Assembly: GCA_027064305.1 (NCBI GenBank) | Contig: JAMOPY010000036.1 | Location: forward strand, 1 to 59,640 | Origin: Methanobacteriota archaeon | Lineage (GTDB): Archaea > JAADCQ01 > Methanopyri > Methanopyrales > Methanopyraceae | Direction of reading: 5' to 3' | DNA length: 59,640 nucleotides | In this document: in pieces, positions 56,126 through 59,640 of the stretch | How positions within the stretch are numbered: the first letter of the stretch is position 1 | Layout of the letters: each line of letters begins with the position of its first letter | Translations under genes and position numbers: made by a program | Notes under the pieces: generated by a model | Told to the model about the DNA's origin: nothing | The model's input: the letters and a program-made list of their open reading frames with translations, nothing else | The model's database searches: none

Positions 56126-56162
56126 CCGCCGCGGGTCCCCCTTTCGGGGTTCCCCGCGGCGG
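56126..56162 (-). promoter_or_regulatory. Archaeal SECIS element in the fruA 3' UTR
   Basis: ccgccgcggg-GAA-cccc-gaaag-gggg-A-cccgcggcgg immediately after the true stop. Confidence 0.9.
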
Positions 56163-57413
56163 TCATCCCTTCAGGCTGATGAGGGACTCACCCAGCTTCT
56201 CGCCGGAGTCGGCATCCCGAACCTCCTTGACCACGTGAGCGGCGCACGATGCTCATATGTCGTAACAGCGCATGATGACCTCGGCGTACTCCTGATGCTC
56301 GCCCTCGATCGCCTTCTCCACTACCGGGAAGTTCCACGTGGACGCCGCGATGATGCGGTAGTCCTCGACGATCCCCTTCTCGTTGACCGTGGCGATGTGC
56401 ACGTTCGTGCCCCGCGGCGCCTCGTGCACGCCCACGCCGGTGCCGGCCCGCGGCTCCCACTCCGCGAGCGTCTTACCGCTCGTGTTGAGCTCCTCCAGGA
56501 TGTTCAGGCACCGGTCGATGGCCGCCAGCGTCTCCTGCGACCTCAGGATGTGGATGTACAGGACGCCCCGCGGGTCCACGCCGTCGAACACCACGTACCT
56601 GGACCGCGGCCCTACCTCGACCGGGACGCCGTCGTACAGCGGGATCTGGCCGTTGTGCTCGTACGCCTCCTCCTTGTGCTCCTCACCGTAGTACTCGATC
56701 GGCAGGACCTCGACCACGCGGTCCAGGTCCAGCCGCTCCGGGTCCCCGTACGTCGGGTGCGTGGCCATGAAGGGCTGATCGTGACGCCCGAACTCGTCCA
56801 GGTCCAGGTCGTTCTCCTCCGCGAACCGCTCCACGATCTCCCGCATGAACTCGTGCTGCTCCTCCATCAGCTCCCGGGCCTCGCGCAGCCGCCGGTAGAG
56901 CCGCTTCCGCGCGCTCTCCGAGATGTTCTCCGCCATGCCGCCGATCCGGATGTTCGGCGGGTGGATGCCCTCCCCGCCCACCACGTCCACCACGTACTGG
57001 CCGATCTTGCGGATCTGCTGGATCCGCTTGATCGCCTCCACCTTCTCCTTCTCCTCCTCCACGAAGTCGTCCAGCACCAGCAGCTGGTGCAGGACGTGGG
57101 ACTGGATCCGGTTACCCAGCGCGCAGAGCTCCCGCAGCAGCCGCCCGTCCCGCGGCGGCTCGATCCCCATCGCGCGCTCGAACGCCTCGGCGGACGCGGT
57201 GCCGTGCGTGGCCTGACAGATGCCGCAGATTCGCATCACGGCCACCTGCACGAACTCAGCGGGCCGTCCCTTGGCCATCGCCTCGAAGCCTCGGATCGCC
57301 GACGTGTTCAGGTAGAACGCGCGCTCCACGTACCCTTCGTCGTCCACGTACAGAACGAGCTTACCGTGACCCTCGTGCCTGGTCGTGGGCTGAATCTCCA
57401 CCTGCTCCGACAA
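56163..57413 (-). CDS. fruA: Selenocysteine-containing F420-reducing [NiFeSe] hydrogenase alpha subunit
   Basis: 'TTRHEGH.K', L1 'RICGIC'; in-frame TGA at 56253-56255 gives L2 'YDI-U-ASCAAH' and continues to a stop at 56163. Confidence 0.93.
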
Positions 57414-57516
57414 CTCCTCACCCCCTGAACCGGCCGTTCCGGTGGACGGAGATCATCGTAAAAGGAGCGAGACGTGAGTTGGGCGTGAACGACGGAGAAA
57501 CTCAACCGGCGCGCGG

Positions 57517-59085
57517 GTGCCCATCGACTTGACCGAGCGCGCGCTGATCGTCGACGCGCTGGGGGCCGGGTCCGGGCGCCGCATGCGCTCCCGGGACGTG
57601 ATCGGCGCGGGCCCCCGCCTCGTCGCCTCCATCCTATCCGAGCACGGGTACGAGGCCGACCTGGTCGAGTTCGAGCGGCTGAGGGACCCGGGACCCTACG
57701 ACCACGTGGGCGTCAGCGTGATGACGGGCGACGAGCGCGCCGCCCGCCGCGTCTTCGAGCGGTATCCCGACGCCTTCAAGTTCCTCGGCGGCCCCGGGGC
57801 CGCGGACCCCAACGCCCTCCTCAAGACCGGGGCCGACGCGGCGGTCGTGGGGGAGTGCGAGCGCACCCTACCTGAGCTCCTCGAGCGTCGCGGCCCCGTC
57901 AAGGGCGCCTACTGGAGGCGGGGCGACGACGTCGAGTTCCCCGGCCCCCGCCCCGTGACCGAGAAGCCGGGCACCCCACGGCCCGAGTTCATCCGGGCCT
58001 ACCCCACCCGCTGGGCCGCGCGCGTGTACGTCGAGGTGGTGCGCGGGTGCAGCAACTCGTACCGCACGACCCTCGAGCTACCGGACGGCCGGAAGTGCAC
58101 CGGCTGCGGCCGGTGCCGGGAGGGGGAGGGGAGGGAACGGTGGGAGTGCCCCGAGGGGATCCCGCCCGGCTGCGGGTTCTGCTCGGTCCCCTCCCTGTTC
58201 GGACCCTCCCGCTCCCGACCGCTGAGGGACATCGCCCGGGAGGTGCGCGGCCTCGTCAGGGAGGGCGTGAGGAGGATCGTGCTCAGCGCCTCGGACGTGC
58301 TGGACTACCGGCGGGGGAAGGAGCCCCTTACGGACCCCCGACACCCGCCCCCGAACCTGGACGCCCTGGAGCGGCTGCTCCGACGCGTCTCCAAGCGGGC
58401 CGAGGTCGTGTTCGTGGAGAACGTGAAGGCCTGCCTCGTGGACGGGGAGGTCGCGGAGCTACTGGGCGAGTACTGCCGGGGCACCTCCGTGAGCGTGGGC
58501 GTGGAGACGGGGGACCCGCGACTCCTGCGGGCGATCGGTAAGCCGTCCACCGTGAAGGAGGCCCTCCGGGCCGTGCGACTGCTCCGCCGGGCGGGCCTGA
58601 GACCGCACGTGTACTTCGTGTACGGCCTGCCCGGCCAGACGACGGACTCGGCCCGGGCGACCGTCCGAGTGATGCGGCGCGCGGTCGAGCTCGGCGCGGA
58701 GAAGGTGACCGTGTACCGGTTCCGCCCGCTCCCCGCCTCGGCCTTCGGCGACTTCCCCCCGGGCCCGCACCCCAGGGAGAGCCGCGCCAGCAAGCTCATC
58801 GCGGACGCGGCCCGGGAGCTCAACACCCGACTCAAGCGGCGGCTGGTGGGGAAGGAGCTCGAGGTCTTCGTGGCGGAGAAGGACCTGAGGAACCCGAGGA
58901 ACGCCGTCGGCTGGCCGGTGCTCGGCGGGCCGAAGGTCCTGATCAAGGGTGGCTCGGGGCTGCTCGGTACGCGGTGCAGGGTGCGCGTGGAGGGAGTCAT
59001 CTCCGACAAGATGGTGGCGGGGAAGGTCAGGGAGGTGCTGGAAGAAGTGGACCTCGAGGCGCTGGAATCACGGGTACCGGCGTAG
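57517..59085 (+). CDS. B12-binding/TRAM radical SAM protein (MiaB-like architecture)
   Basis: 'RD.IGAGPR', 'YVEVVRGCSN...GCGFC', 'GVETG', 'YGLPGQ', C-terminal TRAM-like domain. Confidence 0.82.
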   Translation: MPIDLTERALIVDALGAGSGRRMRSRDVIGAGPRLVASILSEHGYEADLVEFERLRDPGPYDHVGVSVMTGDERAARRVFERYPDAFKFLGGPGAADPNALLKTGADAAVVGECERTLPELLERRGPVKGAYWRRGDDVEFPGPRPVTEKPGTPRPEFIRAYPTRWAARVYVEVVRGCSNSYRTTLELPDGRKCTGCGRCREGEGRERWECPEGIPPGCGFCSVPSLFGPSRSRPLRDIAREVRGLVREGVRRIVLSASDVLDYRRGKEPLTDPRHPPPNLDALERLLRRVSKRAEVVFVENVKACLVDGEVAELLGEYCRGTSVSVGVETGDPRLLRAIGKPSTVKEALRAVRLLRRAGLRPHVYFVYGLPGQTTDSARATVRVMRRAVELGAEKVTVYRFRPLPASAFGDFPPGPHPRESRASKLIADAARELNTRLKRRLVGKELEVFVAEKDLRNPRNAVGWPVLGGPKVLIKGGSGLLGTRCRVRVEGVISDKMVAGKVREVLEEVDLEALESRVPA

Positions 59086-59223
59086 CGGGCTCGGGTACGT
59101 CGTGGACCAGCGAAGGAGCCACCACAGATGGCACGGACCCCTTCCGGGCCGACCCGGGCCGCCGCGCCAGCGACCCCGGCCACGCCACCTCATGTTAGGG
59201 CCGCCTAACGCTCGGCGCGCAGG

Positions 59224-59241
59224 GAAAACGTTAAGCGTTTC
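59224..59241. promoter_or_regulatory. BRE/TATA-like element, possibly bidirectional
   Basis: GAAAACGTTAAGC on + (about 30 nt before the sRNA); GAAACGCTTAACG on -. Confidence 0.55.
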
Positions 59242-59640
59242 GGTCCCCGCCCGGCCCGGGCCGTGGTGAGAATTCCTTTAGCCGACGCAAGGATGAGGAG
59301 TACTCCCCAGGCCGAGCCGCCCACTCCCCCACCCGGGACCCCTCCCCGTACTCGGACACCGCCCGGATCACCTCGCCGTAGTCCACCCACCCCGACTTCT
59401 CCCCGCACCGGGGGCAGACCAACCTCACCCGCTCCGGATCCTCACCCTGAAGCGTGGCGGGGTTCCCGCACTCCGGGCACCGGAGGTGGCGCACGAACCG
59501 GAACACGGGGCATCCCGAGCCCCGCATGCAGCGCGTGCACAGGTGGTACTCCCGGGCGCAGGGAACCTCCGCCTCCAGGCACGCGGTCAAGTCGACGCGC
59601 AGGCCGAAGTCCGGCTCCACCACGGCCGCGTCGACGTCCA
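59231..59640 (-). CDS. Cys-rich Zn-finger protein, probably 5'-truncated by the window edge
   Basis: 'HLCTRC....C', 'CPECG', 'CPRCG'. Confidence 0.6.
   Translation of the reverse strand, partial: DVDAAVVEPDFGLRVDLTACLEAEVPCAREYHLCTRCMRGSGCPVFRFVRHLRCPECGNPATLQGEDPERVRLVCPRCGEKSGWVDYGEVIRAVSEYGEGSRVGEWAARPGEYSSSLRRLKEFSPRPGPGGDRNA
59260..59320 (+). ncRNA. Box C/D guide sRNA, both guides complementary to conserved 16S rRNA
   Basis: GUGAGAA-uuccuuuag-CCGA-cgcaagg-AUGAGGA-guacuccccagg-CCGA; guides match 16S UAAAGGAAUU and CCUGGGGAGUAC. Confidence 0.85.

Noticed and set aside
1-59640. CRISPR array, cas genes, transposases, inteins
   Set aside because: No regularly spaced repeats or such protein motifs seen; ileS, alaS, nrdD and top6B show no large insertions

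Overview
High-GC archaeal chromosome segment, very likely from a Methanopyrus-like hyperthermophilic methanogen. Support: cofG/cofH, a selenocysteine F420-reducing hydrogenase with an archaeal SECIS, a MurT-like ligase, split carB, and two tRNA genes that encode C rather than U at position 8. About 50 tightly packed CDS: ileS, alaS, truA, thiI, glmM/glmU, nrdD, carB N-half, top6B, fruA/G/B, several radical SAM enzymes, a U32/ferredoxin operon facing the DUF39-CBS homocysteine enzyme, and a probable surface-glycosylation region with three GT-C-like membrane paralogs, a GtrA protein and NDP-sugar enzymes. The ORF track misses a rich non-coding layer: tRNA-His, tRNA-Asn, eight box C/D guide RNA candidates with co-varying non-canonical boxes, one H/ACA guide RNA and a SECIS. 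The main unexplained signal is an AT-rich spaced palindrome, ATCGTTA-N9-TAACGAT, found three times, each just downstream of a minus-strand gene 3' end (nrdD, tRNA-His, tRNA-Asn). Other oddities: a quasi-palindromic convergent overlap encoding nearly the same membrane-anchor peptide on both strands, a low-GC patch inside a radical SAM gene, and a possible degenerate AAA+/winged-helix protein. No CRISPR array, transposase or integrase was seen. All calls are by eye; rRNA target assignments rely on recalled conserved rRNA sequence and need alignment.
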